Source of the DNA: Antedon mediterranea
Taxonomy: Eukaryota; Animalia; Echinodermata
Direction of reading: 5' to 3'
NCBI RefSeq assembly: GCF_964355755.1
Contig: NC_092678.1
Span: 3,426,422 to 3,490,421 of the forward strand
DNA: 64,000 nucleotides
A program made the translations under genes and the position numbers. Shown one piece after another: positions 15,001 through 27,159 of this stretch. Every line of letters begins with the position of its first letter. The stretch's first letter is position 1. The notes beneath the pieces were generated by a model. The model saw only the letters and a list, made by a program, of their open reading frames with translations, did no database searches and was not told the DNA's origin.

Positions 15001-16133
15001 AATATTTGGGGTTTAATGGTATGGCACCCACCCTGCCAGAGAGAGGTTAAAGGTTCAACTCCTGTCACATGACCTATACTTATGAATTTGAATGTTTTGT
15101 TTAAAATGTAGCAGGGTTTTCATTGTGTGTGCTTATGTATAAAAATATTACAAGACATAATGAATATATAAGTTAAAGTAAATATTTTCTATCTCTCAAC
15201 CAGCATACGGATGCACATCGATTGCTCTTTGCCAAAGAGATTCCAACATATCGCAATCTTGTGGATTCCTTCTACAAGAGTATTCAGAATATGCGGGAAT
15301 TGGATCACATGGAGATGGAAAGACAAATGAAAGAAACATCAAACGTAAGATTCAATATCAATTGAAACAATTTTTAAAGGATAAACAACTTCAACTGGAA
15401 AAATTAACTTAAAAAACACACATTTTTATTTTAAAGATGTAGTGTCCCCAAAAACATGAAAAATGAAGATTAATAAAATCAGACTTTGAAGAGGTTATTT
15501 TGTAATTTTATAAGGTTTATCATTTCCATAGAAACAAAAACAACAATAAAAAAGACAAAATAAATTGTTAACTTCAACCAAAATCACATTTGCTGGCAAC
15601 CAATTTACTATTTTTTTGTTTTAAATTACATTGTTTTCAGGTAAATATTTTTTTTAAAACCAATTTTTGTCAAAGTGTGTAACAATTATGTGACAATAAA
15701 ATAGCATATTCAATAACAATTTTTAAAGAATTATATTTTTTCAGGAGGACAATACATTTTTAACATTTTCTGCTTGTTTTTCCTTTGTAGAAATTTCAAA
15801 GTATCTTTAGTAAAAAGAGTATACTGGACCATTTGTATTCTTATGCTAAGAGTTGCAATACAGAGGTGAGTATAAAGACATTTACTTATTACTTTGTTGT
15901 GACACAAAGATGACCCCTGACACAAAGGTGACCCCTGAATAGGTGTTTTTCTGTATTACATATGTACAGTACAAGCTTACAATAAGAAATAAGAACATTG
16001 CATTCAAATTCGGTGACTAATTAATATTATGATTTGTTTTCAGTTAAGTAAGGCTGTGGAAAATGATGACTCGTGCAGTAGAAGTCGGATCGGGTTCAGA
16101 CTGGAGCAAATTCCTTCTATGATGGGTACATAA
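97..16133 (+). CDS. PLXN: Plexin (semaphorin receptor), 5'-partial, multi-exon: PSI/IPT ectodomain, TM helix, split RasGAP-like domain with RBD
   Basis: GT-AG exons (approx.): 97-256, 762-858, 3133-3244 (PSI CSECVKGWEACRWCVEDNVC), 3923-4030, 4870-4959, 5284-5368, 5632-5795 (PSI DCSRC..CVWC), 6162-6329, 6596-6704, 6994-7129 (IPT PELGIQAGGTTVNING), 7426-7590, 7790-7874, 8341-8595, 8978-9121, 9445-9664 (TM), 9940-10072, 10360-10481, 10645-10709, 11309-11382 and 11601-11667 (VLRR-NEGVTEKLLSNW), 11940-12086, 12346-12499 (RBD VKVLSCDTINQAKEKILD), 13151-13254, 13424-13509, 13593-13693, 13999-14091, 14315-14480, 14825-14972 (RFWVTVINNP), 15204-15344 (LLFAKEIP), 15791-15865, 16044-16133 (stop TAA). 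The Sema domain must lie upstream of the window. Subfamily not assigned. Confidence 0.95.
6362..6515. repeat. 34-bp minisatellite (about 4.5 copies) in a plexin intron
   Basis: gtaatagagtatcccacaatgcaatgttgcactt at 6393, 6427 and 6461. Confidence 0.85.
10968..11282. mobile_element. Long-palindrome repetitive element in a plexin intron
   Basis: About 80-bp arms centred on cgaggcaaagccgag (10968-11140); a degenerate relative lies at about 14665-14800. Confidence 0.7.
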
Positions 16134-16524
16134 TGCTCTACAATGTTGGAATTGTTGCAAAAGGTATCACAATGCATAGTAGTTTTTGAGCATGTGCAGA
16201 TATTTAATTATGCTTTTATAAAAGTTTAAAATAAAATTTGTATATGTGCTTAATATTGCAGTGGTAAATAAGAAATAATAATCATGGTAAAGTTGATACA
16301 AACCAAGAAAGAATTAGCACTTTTGAATAAAGATTTACAAAATAAACTAAATGCATAAGCAGTGTACGTTTATAGAATCAAGCAGGTTAATCAATAGATT
16401 TAAAAACACATTTTTAAATACTGCCAGAATTATTACATAAATTTATGTAAATTTGTTCAACAAAGTTTAAAATAAAATATTAGATAGTTATAGAATATTT
16501 CTTTATTAAAGTTAATATTACCAT

Positions 16525-16597
16525 GAAAATATTCATCCATGTAAGGAATTCATCCACTGTAAAATATTCATCCACTGTAAAATATTCATCCACTGTA
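16525..16597. repeat. About 19-bp tandem repeat in the plexin 3' region
   Basis: aaaatattcatccactgta, about 4 copies. Confidence 0.7.
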
Positions 16598-18136
16598 TAG
16601 ATACACTATAAAGGTGTATGAAAAATAGTTCTAATTACTAAATCATAGACATTGGTCTGCGAGTGACAAATAACTCTATTAAAGTGAATGAAATTGTATT
16701 GTTATGAACGTATATCTTTATAATGGAGAAGAAAATGCCAAAAAAGTCAAAAAAGTGTATTCTATGCATTCCAGAACAATAATGTAAATAAGCTATACAA
16801 TGTTACAATGGATTTGGTGTAGACTAAATTAAAACATGACCACTATAAACAGTTTTTATTACATTCCAACGAACTTAAAATATATTAATGAAAGATAAAG
16901 AAAGAGTGACCAGATGATCGGAATTTATTCAATTCACAATTCTGCTGCGCATGCCCATTTTTTAAGCTAATTTTTGCATTTATAAGTGGATTTTTTAAAC
17001 TGTTAAGCACATACAGTTTTTGTTTATTTTTTAACCTAATAAACCTTTTTGACCAGTATACAGTTTTGGAGAATCTATAATGTTCATTTTATTAGTAATA
17101 GTTTGTTTTATATTTTTATGTTGACATAATTTAACTAAATATATCTTTATAAATTATATGTAAACTATTTTTATACGTTGTCATAAGCAAGATAGGTTTG
17201 GTTTGATTTTTATTTTTCTAAATGCCTATTATAAAGATTGTATATAAAACAAGATTTAGTCATGCGTGTTCCAAAAGATGCCATTTATAAAGATTGTATA
17301 ATAATGGTATTTGTAGAGTCCATTATCCATCATGAAATATTATATTAACAATTTTATATATTTTATGATGATTTTTATATATTTTATCTAACTTGCAAAA
17401 TAAAGTTAATATTAAATAAGTAAATTTTGAGTTTCAGAACTTTATTTCACAATTATGCCCTCCCTCGGTCCCCTCCCCCTTCCCCTAATTAAAAATCCTG
17501 GATCCAATAACATTGATAGTTTTGTAAGACAGGGAACACTGCTCTTAATTAATCTCAATTTACTGTAATGGTAAAAAATATTTTCTTAGATAACAGCCAA
17601 CCAAAAGAAGATTTCAAGCGAAAAATCACATCTAAATAACAGTTAAGCGTGTAGGTGTTTCTTTGTTAAAAGACATGCCTCCTAAAATCGCGATGCCAAA
17701 TGAAAATAAAACGAAAGAATGAATCCAATTAAAAAGATGCACCGTCACTCCTGAGTTTGAAAACAATTGTAAACGATAATAATAAGATATCGAATAAAAC
17801 ATAACATGTTAGATTCACACGCCTACGTAAACTGGACATATCTTATTATTCATACAGTATATTTAAAGATACGTTCACACTGAGCATGATTAATTCGGGA
17901 TAGGTACATTTTGTACACAATCCGGGATGAATAAGTGTGAACTGTTCTAAAATTTGACGATTTTGATTGAAATCTGAGCTTATAGTGTGAACATACTGTA
18001 GTTTAAAATCCAAGACAGGAAAGCTTGGAACATATATTTTTTTTTTTTTGACAGGTAAAAATAAAAGAATATTTGTTTGACTGACAGTCAGCCTCTTCCT
18101 ATTGGAATTACTGTACTATTACTATACAACATTCCT

Positions 18137-18533
18137 AACGCTTGGTTCTCACTAGAACGTAACGTAACGCAACCTACGCAACGTAAGAAAATGCCCTTTA
18201 AATAGGGCCTACTTGTGTTTGCCCCCGCTTGCGTGAAATCAAACCGATGTTTGCAGAACTGTTGCGTCGTCGGTTCACATTTGTCTAAAGCTTGGTTCCC
18301 ACTAGAACGTAACGCAAGGACGTAAACGCAACGCAAGCGTTTTAACCAATGACAAGCGAAGTTATAGACAGTTAGCAATCACAAGCGAATAAGCCATCGC
18401 TTGTGATTGGTCAATTCACTTGCGTTGCGTTACGTCCTTGCGTTGCGTCGCTAGTGGGAACCACGCTTACGCAACACAGCACTTTGCGTCAATACGTTAA
18501 TATTGCGTTGCGTCGCTAGTGAGAACCATGCTT
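18137..18533. mobile_element. MITE family B (TIR aagcttggttcccactag): one element with a second nested inside it (18288-18468)
   Basis: Outer ends cttggttctcactag / ctagtgagaaccatg enclose inner ends cttggttcccactag / ctagtgggaaccacg. Confidence 0.85.
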
Positions 18534-18941
18534 AAATAAACGTGGTTGTTTTCTTTCATCAGGCCCGAAAGACAACATTTATATAACGATCATTGTCAAA
18601 TTATCCGAAAAAATTTCTTTCAAAGAATCAAACGATGTAAGATTTGAGAAAACAGGTACTATGTTTATGTAGTCATAATTCTCATAGTGGTTAAGAGGTA
18701 GGCCTATTCTTTACACATGGTGGCCCAATTGATTAATACTTTATTATACTAGGGCTTAACATCAAATAAAAAAGCATTTGTAATATAAAGAACTTTATGA
18801 TACTTTTACAATTTATCAAAATTGTTTATATCTTATACGAGGAATACTTTCCCCTTATTTGGTTACAGCGATGTGAGCTGCCCCTGCCCAGCATTTTTAT
18901 AATGTTGTATTGTAGACGGTCTTCGATGCCTTTTTGAGAAT

Positions 18942-19123
18942 AATGCTTGGTTCCCACTAGCGACGCAACACAAGGACGTAACGCAACGCAAGTGAATTGA
19001 CCAATCACAAGCGATGGCTTATTCGCTTGTGATTGCTAACTGTCTATAACTTCGCTTGTCATTGGTTAAAACGCTTGCGTTGCGTTTACGTCCTTGCGTT
19101 ACGTTCTAGTGGGAACCAAGCTT
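18942..19123. mobile_element. MITE family B copy, inverted relative to 18288-18468
   Basis: Near-identical to the reverse complement of the inner copy. Confidence 0.88.
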
Positions 19124-19313
19124 AAAGCGTTACACGGGCAATTAAGCAATGTAGACAGTAGCCTGATCAAATCTCTATTTTGTTTTACTGTGTACTGAAG
19201 CATAATAATAACCTTCGCTGTTCTATTTTGTAAGAGGTAAAATGGTCACAGTCACACTCCAACACAGTTTATCCTCTACGTCCCTACTGATAAAATAGGA
19301 TAGTCGATGTTGC

Positions 19314-19322
19314 TATATAAAT
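19314..19322 (+). promoter_or_regulatory. TATA box of the first secreted gene
   Basis: TATATAAA about 70 nt upstream of ATG 19386. The paralog has a similar catatataat at 27061, about 100 nt before its ATG. Confidence 0.55.
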
Positions 19323-19385
19323 GACGGATATGTAAACTTGTATTCATTTGTTGTAAAGCCAGTAAACCTTAAGAAAAGAGTGAAG

Positions 19386-22300
19386 ATGAACCGACTTGCA
19401 GTAATTGTCTTGGCTGTGGCAGTTTTTGCTACTCTCGCCGAAGCAAAGAAATTTGCTAAAAAGGAGGAGGAGGTAGGCTTAAGTTCTTATAATTATCTTT
19501 TTCATTACTCACATGAACCATTGTATAGAGCCTATACTTACTGTAATCATCCACAAGGTTGATTACTGATACATTTTATTAATGTTTTCCTTTTTTTGTT
19601 CAGGGCCTCTCGAATGAACACTTGTGTATTGTTGAATGTAAGTAGTAAACTGAATCTAATACCTGTAATAATCATAATGATTTTGATCGCTGTTGAATTT
19701 CATTAATATAAAACTTGCTAAACATCGGAAACATTGCATACAATGAAGGTATTGCAAACGCCGAGATTAATTTATATATGTATATATATAGTAATATTAA
19801 TCAATAAAATATTAAACGTCTATTATTTTAATATATTTCCACAAACAAAACAAGCACAAAGATACAGATACAAAATTGCTTGCTTGTAGAATTAAAACAA
19901 AATAGACACTGAAATTATACAGTATAAAGAATACAGGCACGGTGATACAGGAGTATGCCTATTAACTTTATCTTCCTTCTAATATAAATAATGTCTCTCG
20001 GCACTATATATCCATTTATAGATTTGGGTATATTAGTTAGTTAGTTATCTTTTTGATTATATTATAAGATGATGCCCGTCCATTGGACGGGTAAATACTA
20101 ATAGGCCTATATATTATAATAATGATGATATTGAAAATAATGATGATGTTGAAAATGATGCTGCTGATGACGACGAAGATGGTGATGCTGTAATAAATAC
20201 AAAAACTTAACAAGCAAGTTTACTTTTTATCCAAGGCATGTGTAATGTATTTGACGAAGACAATAACGATTATCCAGTCGATTGTATGCCAAATGCATGT
20301 GAATATTCTGAAACACCTGAAAATTGTTGTAATGAAGATGAAGCCAATGGCTGGTTTTTCTATATTTCTGCTACGGGGGTGTGTTTTGATATCAAATGTC
20401 AAGGAAGTAAGTTTAAACATGAATTGTTCCATGGTTTAAAGATGAATTTACATGAAACTCGAACAAATATATATATATTTTAATTGCTCATACCAAAGAA
20501 TTATTTCTTGATGTGTCTAAAACTGTTTCTTCTCCCAGAAATTAATAGTGTTCACAGCTTTAACCAGTGTTTTGAATAATTTAACGAGTAATGTTTGTTG
20601 TCTTTGTTTTGTTGTTCTCTAGATGCTGCTGGCTGGGAAGAAGCATGTGGTAGGTATTAGGTATTGTTGTCAATAATATTAAAAGTCACGAAAGAAAATT
20701 TACGTCTTAAACGCCCATTAAATGTGCATGCCAGTGTAACTCCATCTATCAGGTTCAATATACATACTCCGAACGCTTATGGAAGTGTATTAGGCCAACG
20801 GTGGGTCATTGCGTTGTTCTCTCATGGCCCCCTCACTCTTTTTTCGACGGAAAACCCCAGAACTTGTTATACGTATTCTGTAGTGTTGTTTATTACTTCG
20901 ATACTGTGTACGTAATAAAAGGTTCTACTTGGCCAAGAGCTATTATTAATCTTCTAAAAAACATTACCAGTAGGCCTATCATTCCATTTGTTTTTTATGA
21001 TGTTGGTGAGAAGAATAGGCCTAATTTAGTAGGAAATAGATATATATATATATATATTTTGATATCGCATAAGCGACCATAACTATATTAATGTACAGCA
21101 ACGCCTACACTAGCAGATTCTCTTCGGGTAGTGTTTTCGGTGATGGGAAATTCCTTCTAAAACATCATCATACCACAACGTAGTCGTGATATGCAAATGG
21201 TTAATTATTGCTGAGGGCCTAAAGCTGAAGATTTACTAAGGTTCATACGAAGTTTTTAGTCGCGTGCAACTCGACTCTACAGCCCACTATGTCAGTCGGT
21301 TGGTCGGTCGGTCGTTAAATTAAGCCTAATACATAACTTGATGGCTTCGGTTATGTAGATCTACAAACCATAGTTAAAGTAAGTTAATATGCATTAGATG
21401 ATGTATTAATGTAAACATGTATGAAACTACGCTGATCATAATTGATGAAATAAAAGTTTTGGAAAAATCACAATAAAAAAAAGCTGAAATTAAATTAAAA
21501 TCATATAACGATGGCCAATAGAGCGTTTTCAAGTATGAAACGTCCGTTATGTCAATTCATTGTGCGGGGATATTGGGACGGGCTTTGCTCATCCTACCTG
21601 AACACAGTTTTGACGGTGCGACATCGTTTGACCTGACCTAGTTACGTCATTGGTCGTCGCAAATCGCAAGGTTTACCTCCTCAATAAGTAATATTATAAA
21701 GATGTTTTCTTTTCAATTAAAATTATATTAGGCCTATTTCATAATGATATTGAGCTTTTCACAAGATGAATATACTGTTTTTATTTTTTAAAGAATGTAG
21801 GAATGACATTGTCAACGGCGCAAATGGTACGTATGCTTTTATTTTTGTTTAATTTTTTTAACATCAAGTATTAATGGTTTTTTGCCAGTGACATGGAGAC
21901 GAGCATGAAAATATTAATACATTAATTCAATTTCAATATTGATATCCGTATCATAAATTTAAAGAAACCTTTTGTTAAACTGATTGATTATATTTACTTG
22001 AAGAGTATATACTTAACATTTTACGGCATCTTATAATATTAAATTTGAGTGTATTGTGACTGGATTTTGTGTGTGTTTTACTGCTATAATAAATATATTT
22101 ATTATTGATTGTTATACTTTTTTAAAGAAGGTTACATTTTCATAACTTCATATTTATTTTTGCTTGTTTTTTTGTTGCTAAAAATAAAGGGAATGAATGC
22201 ATTTCAATGTAAATTAAATGAAAGCTTGTTTATACAACGTAGAATTACAATACTAAAATAAGGCATTCTATGCAATATTAACATTATTATGATTAACATT

Positions 22301-23311
22301 TTCAAATTTCCAGTACAGGGGCAAATTAAGAAGACAACAGAATACATACAGTTATTGTAGCCTAACATAGATTACTCCTCTACATACATAATGCAAACAA
22401 GAGAAATAAACTCTGAATCATGTAGATTAATACATATTGTTATTCATAATATGATAGTTATTGTATTTGTTTAACTTTTTGGAATAAAAGATATCCTCAG
22501 TGCAGGAGATGATGAACTTCAATGTGGAGAAGGACAGGCTGGTGAAGATGAAGCGGGAGAGACTGACGAAGATATTGGTAAGACATTACTTTGTTTAAAA
22601 TAAATCATCATAAATCGCCCATAGATGGACAAACAGAAACAAGGGAGAAGTATTATTCTTTTTCCTTGTTTTTGTTTAAGCTTGGTTCCCACTAGAACGC
22701 AACGCAATAGTGCTGCAAACATCGATGGTTTGATTTCACGCTGGCGGGGGCAAACACAATGATTGGAAGGGCATTTTCTTATGTTGCGTAGATTGCGTTA
22801 CGTTGCGTCGCTAGTGGGAACCACACTTTATACGCATGCGAGGAAGAGGACCTGGTAAGGGTTCCACCTTTAAGCTTGGTTCCCACTAGCGACGCAACGT
22901 ATCGCAATCTACGCAACGTAAGCAAATGCCCTTCTAATAATTGTGTTTGCCTCCGCCTGTGTGAAATCAAACCTGCGATGTTTGCAGCACTATTGCGTCG
23001 TCGGTTCCCACTTGTGATTACGCATTCCATCACTCTGCGTCGATACGTCGCAGCGTTGTGCTCTAGTGGGAGAACCACGCTTTATAGGGTTACAGGAATG
23101 CCTATTATTTAATATTAATTAAATCAATAATATATTAAAATCTACCTTATTATCTGAAATAGATGAGAAGACTGCTGCTACTGCTAAGCGGGTAATGGCC
23201 AAAAAGAAGCTGATGGCTGCTAGACGCAAAGCAATGGCTAGCAAGAAATCGATGGCTAAAGAAAAGAAGCTGAAAGGTTTCATAGAGGCTTTCAAAAAAA
23301 GAAACATCTAA
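19386..23311 (+). CDS. Secreted precursor (about 195 aa): signal peptide, acidic 12-Cys core, basic Lys/Ala/Met-rich C-terminal tail; unknown family
   Basis: Exons 19386-19472 (MNRLAVIVLAVAVFATLAEAKKFAKKEEE), 19604-19637, 20236-20406, 20623-20649, 21794-21826, 22491-22577, 23163-23311 all have AG/GT borders and join in one frame (588 nt including TAA). TATA box about 70 nt upstream. Confidence 0.85.
22678..23082. mobile_element. Two adjacent MITE family B copies (22678-22828, 22872-23082) in the last intron of the first secreted gene
   Basis: aagcttggttcccactag ... ctagtgggaacc termini. Further copies at about 26197-26426 and 40037-40215. Confidence 0.82.
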
Positions 23312-25270
23312 ATAAGAAAGGAAAATCATTGAAGGCTTTATGGAAAGAAAGTGCTTTGATCATAATATCTATGCATTGTTTTAATATATTTGGTGACGGG
23401 AAGCTACACAATATTTCATTATTATAATGATTAGTGGTTAACAAGCAAAATATTATCAATTCATGATTTGTAAGTGTGTTTTATCACTCATAAATCTGAA
23501 AAACTTTCTATTTTTTAAAAATATAATAAAAAAAAATATTGCAAGCAAATGTGTTTTAGGTTGTGTTTATTGTTTTTCCTTTTCCAAAAAGAACTGTTAT
23601 TATTTTGTTGTGAACCGGAGATTAAAGTTCTTTCTAGTAACTACTGAACTAATTTAGCCCTACGGTGTCATTCAACAAACTTTCGCCTTCTGGTGACGGA
23701 TGATGATAATGATAAGGGTGGCAATCAAATGACATGACAACGGTAACGCTGACGATGATGAAAATAATTTTGAAATTCCTGTTTGGTAGCAGCAAAGTGG
23801 ATGAGTTTGGTCGTTGATTACGGGACAAAAATACAGTCCCCATAAATGAACGGAACGGTGTATAGCGCTAGGGCTTCTACGCATGCGCAGATTATTATTT
23901 CTTATAGTACCGTCTCCTCCTGTGTACCGTTCAAAAGCTCGCTGTTGGTTATTCAGTACAACCAGAACTTCTGGGATGTAAATAACAACCTCGTTTTCAC
24001 GCAGCTGTCTATAGAATAAATCTCATTCTGCGCACGCTAAGAAATAATGAGCACGCACATGATTTTTTACTCAATAGTGAAAGCGTGTTGTGAAACCAAA
24101 AGATCGGTTAATAATGTGTACAGTTTATGTTAAAACGTTTGTTGGGAAGAAACAGAAACGAGAAAAAGTACCTTGTCATCGCTGAACAGAGGTGTTAAAG
24201 GCTAGGTCGTAATAACTTAATGAGACGACCTAAAACATATTTTATATGTAAGACACTAATTGTACCATTAAATTATTGAATAGGCATATAGACAAAAGTA
24301 TGTTATGTGTACCATATACCTGTTAAATCAATGGTCAAAAGTAACATCTATTTCTTAGATAAATCGTGTATAATACCACCAAAATTACAAGTGAGAATCA
24401 AAATCAAAAGGTAGGCCTATTTAATGAAAACTGTCTTGAAATCACTTGACAGTTTCAAAAAGCTATTCTCATCATCAGAACTGTAAATTCATATAAAATA
24501 TCTTCATATACAGTACAATAATTTGAGTAATTATATTAAGAGCCAACAAAGCAAATATTTTGATATGAGAGGCAGCTCACCAGAACAAGAAAAACAGGAC
24601 AACACGAGAAGCTGTAATGGAAACTAAAAGAAGAGTAAAATATAAAATACTGTAATTTATAAGGCACTATTGATGTGAACGTGAACGACCATTATCCCAG
24701 AGTGTTGGACAAGTAAACAGAATATTATTTAAATTGGTTTGCGCTCCGAGTTTTGTGGTTTTTTGATTTATTATTTGAATTATGATCAAAACTAAATAAA
24801 TTATCAAATTGAGATGCTGAGCTTTTCTATTCGCATGAATGAACGCGTCATAACTCATTCCCTGAGCTCTCATTGGTTGCGCATATTTGTTTTAGAAAAA
24901 AAAGTAGAAACTCACTGAATGAAAAATTTAAGGAACTAGAATTCGTCGCAAGAGGGATTAGGAAGATAGAACCATGAATACGCATGCGCATAATCTGACG
25001 TTTACACTATCATACTTTATGTGATGTGTCCACATATGGACATGATGATGTCATTACACTACCATCGTATGTAGGCACATCACACTAGTTTGATAATGTA
25101 GACAGAGCTTAAGATCAACTTATCCAAATCATAGAATGAAAATAAAAGAACTGATTGCTCTATCAAAAGATAAAGATCTGCTATTCATTACAGCATGTAT
25201 AGTCTGCTCATGTCGCCCATATAAACGATTTATTTGAAAAAAACAGTAGGCCTATGTTGTCCAATTTGTA

Positions 25271-25410
25271 AAGCTTTGTCTACACTATCAAGCTTTATGT
25301 GAAAAAGTGGTCATATATGGACATTATGATGTCATATCACTACCATATTTAAGCATATCACTACCATATTTGGGCACATCACACTTTTTTTGATAGTGTA
25401 GATAGAGCTT
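25271..25410. mobile_element. MITE family A copy
   Basis: aagctttgtctacactatca ... tgatagtgtagatagagctt. Confidence 0.85.
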
Positions 25411-26620
25411 AATAAGACGAACATCCTGATTATGGGTTTATTGAATGAAATATAAGATTTTTTTTTATAAAGTCATGATTATACAATTAATGCGAGTATC
25501 GATATAGTTAACTTCAATTATTGAGACATGGAATGAATAAACACCAAATCTACCTTTAACTAAGCTTATAACAAGTTACTATTTGTTGGAATGTGTTGGT
25601 TTATAATTGGTGTACGTTTTGAATGTATAAACACAGAGAAATTAGTATGGTAAATAATCTCTTTTGCTTGATTAATTCCAACAAGGAGTGTGCGTTTTCT
25701 TTAGGCCTACGTTGTTTCTTTTGACAACCACCAGTAAACGGATGCATAAAGTGGTTTATCATGCGTGCTAATATTAAGTGTTTTCAATTTTTCGGTTGAA
25801 ATAGGCCATATGTTGGTATGAATACATTGGAATGTGATTATATTTAGTTAGATAGTAATTTAATTTCGGTCAATTAATTCACAATATCATATCTGACTGT
25901 TTTCATTTGCCACACCTGTAATTTAATATAGGCTAGTGGATCTTGCCCAATCTGACATGAACCATGTATTGAATACTCATACTGGATGAAAACAAGAACA
26001 ATACACGTTTGGAAGAATTAATTTTAACGTTCAAATTTGCCCAAATATGAAAATGTTATGTCGGCCTACCACCCAACTAAATATGTTCTGTATTCAGTGT
26101 GACTCACCCTACACTGTGAAAACAAGCGTCTTTAAAAATGGACGCGTCACTGAAAATAAGAAAATACTATAAACCTATTACCTTGATTCCTACTAAAGCT
26201 TGGTTCCCACTAGAAACGCAACGTAAGTGCGTAACGCAACGTAAATTATTTGACCAATCACAAGCAATGAACATTCAAACTGTCGCTTGTCATTGGTCCA
26301 CTCGCAAGGACGTAAAGCGCAGCGCAAGGAATTTGACTAACCACGACGTAATGTAATTGAGTGTAAACTTAACTTAACTTGTGCTTACGTCATTGTGTTG
26401 CGTCTAACAAGTGGGGGAACCAGCTTAAATGTGTTCATGGCACTGTCTGTAACGTGGAGTACCAAGTTGTCTACACTCAACATACTTGGATTTCTTTTAT
26501 GTTAACTTGTTTACAGTGACAAACGTAAACATTTTTTATGTATATTATACAATTAATACGGTATATAATCTAGTATATGTATTAAAATACGGCGCTGATT
26601 CGCCTGTACAGCGTATGCTT

Positions 26621-26743
26621 AAGCTCTGTCTTCACTTTCAAACTAGTTTTACAAAATAATGTGCCCAAATATGGTAGTAATATGACATCATTATGTCCAT
26701 ATATGGGCACATCACATAAAGTTTGATAGTGTAGACAGAGCTT
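26621..26743. mobile_element. MITE family A copy
   Basis: aagctctgtcttcactttcaaact ... agtttgatagtgtagacagagctt. Confidence 0.85.
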
Positions 26744-27159
26744 TAGAATTCAAGTGTTAGAGAGCCTTTTTTTTTTTTCGTTTTATTTTTAAATTTTTGG
26801 AACTGTCATGTTAAATACTATGGGAAACGTTCACATAACTGTTGGTAATATAAGTTATTCTTTTGTTTGAAATTCTGAAAGAAATCTTCCGGATAATTTA
26901 AACTAAAAATATTGTTATTGAAATCACTACTTGTAGATAACAATGATGCAGCAGATTATTACATTTTATACATGGGTAAACAGGCAAGTTTAGTTTGTAA
27001 CGTAGACATTAATAACTCAATAAACATACCTATTCAATAATAGAATCACCTGACAAGAAACATATATAATATACGTGCGTAAGAAGTTTCAACGCTTTAG
27101 CATATTTTTACTTCTTGATATCAATAAGCAGACGCTTAGTGAAACAATAAAAAGTAAAG

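Noticed and set aside
15005-15070. tRNA-like sequence (ggttcaactcc)
   Set aside because: No complete cloverleaf; probably a decayed SINE head.
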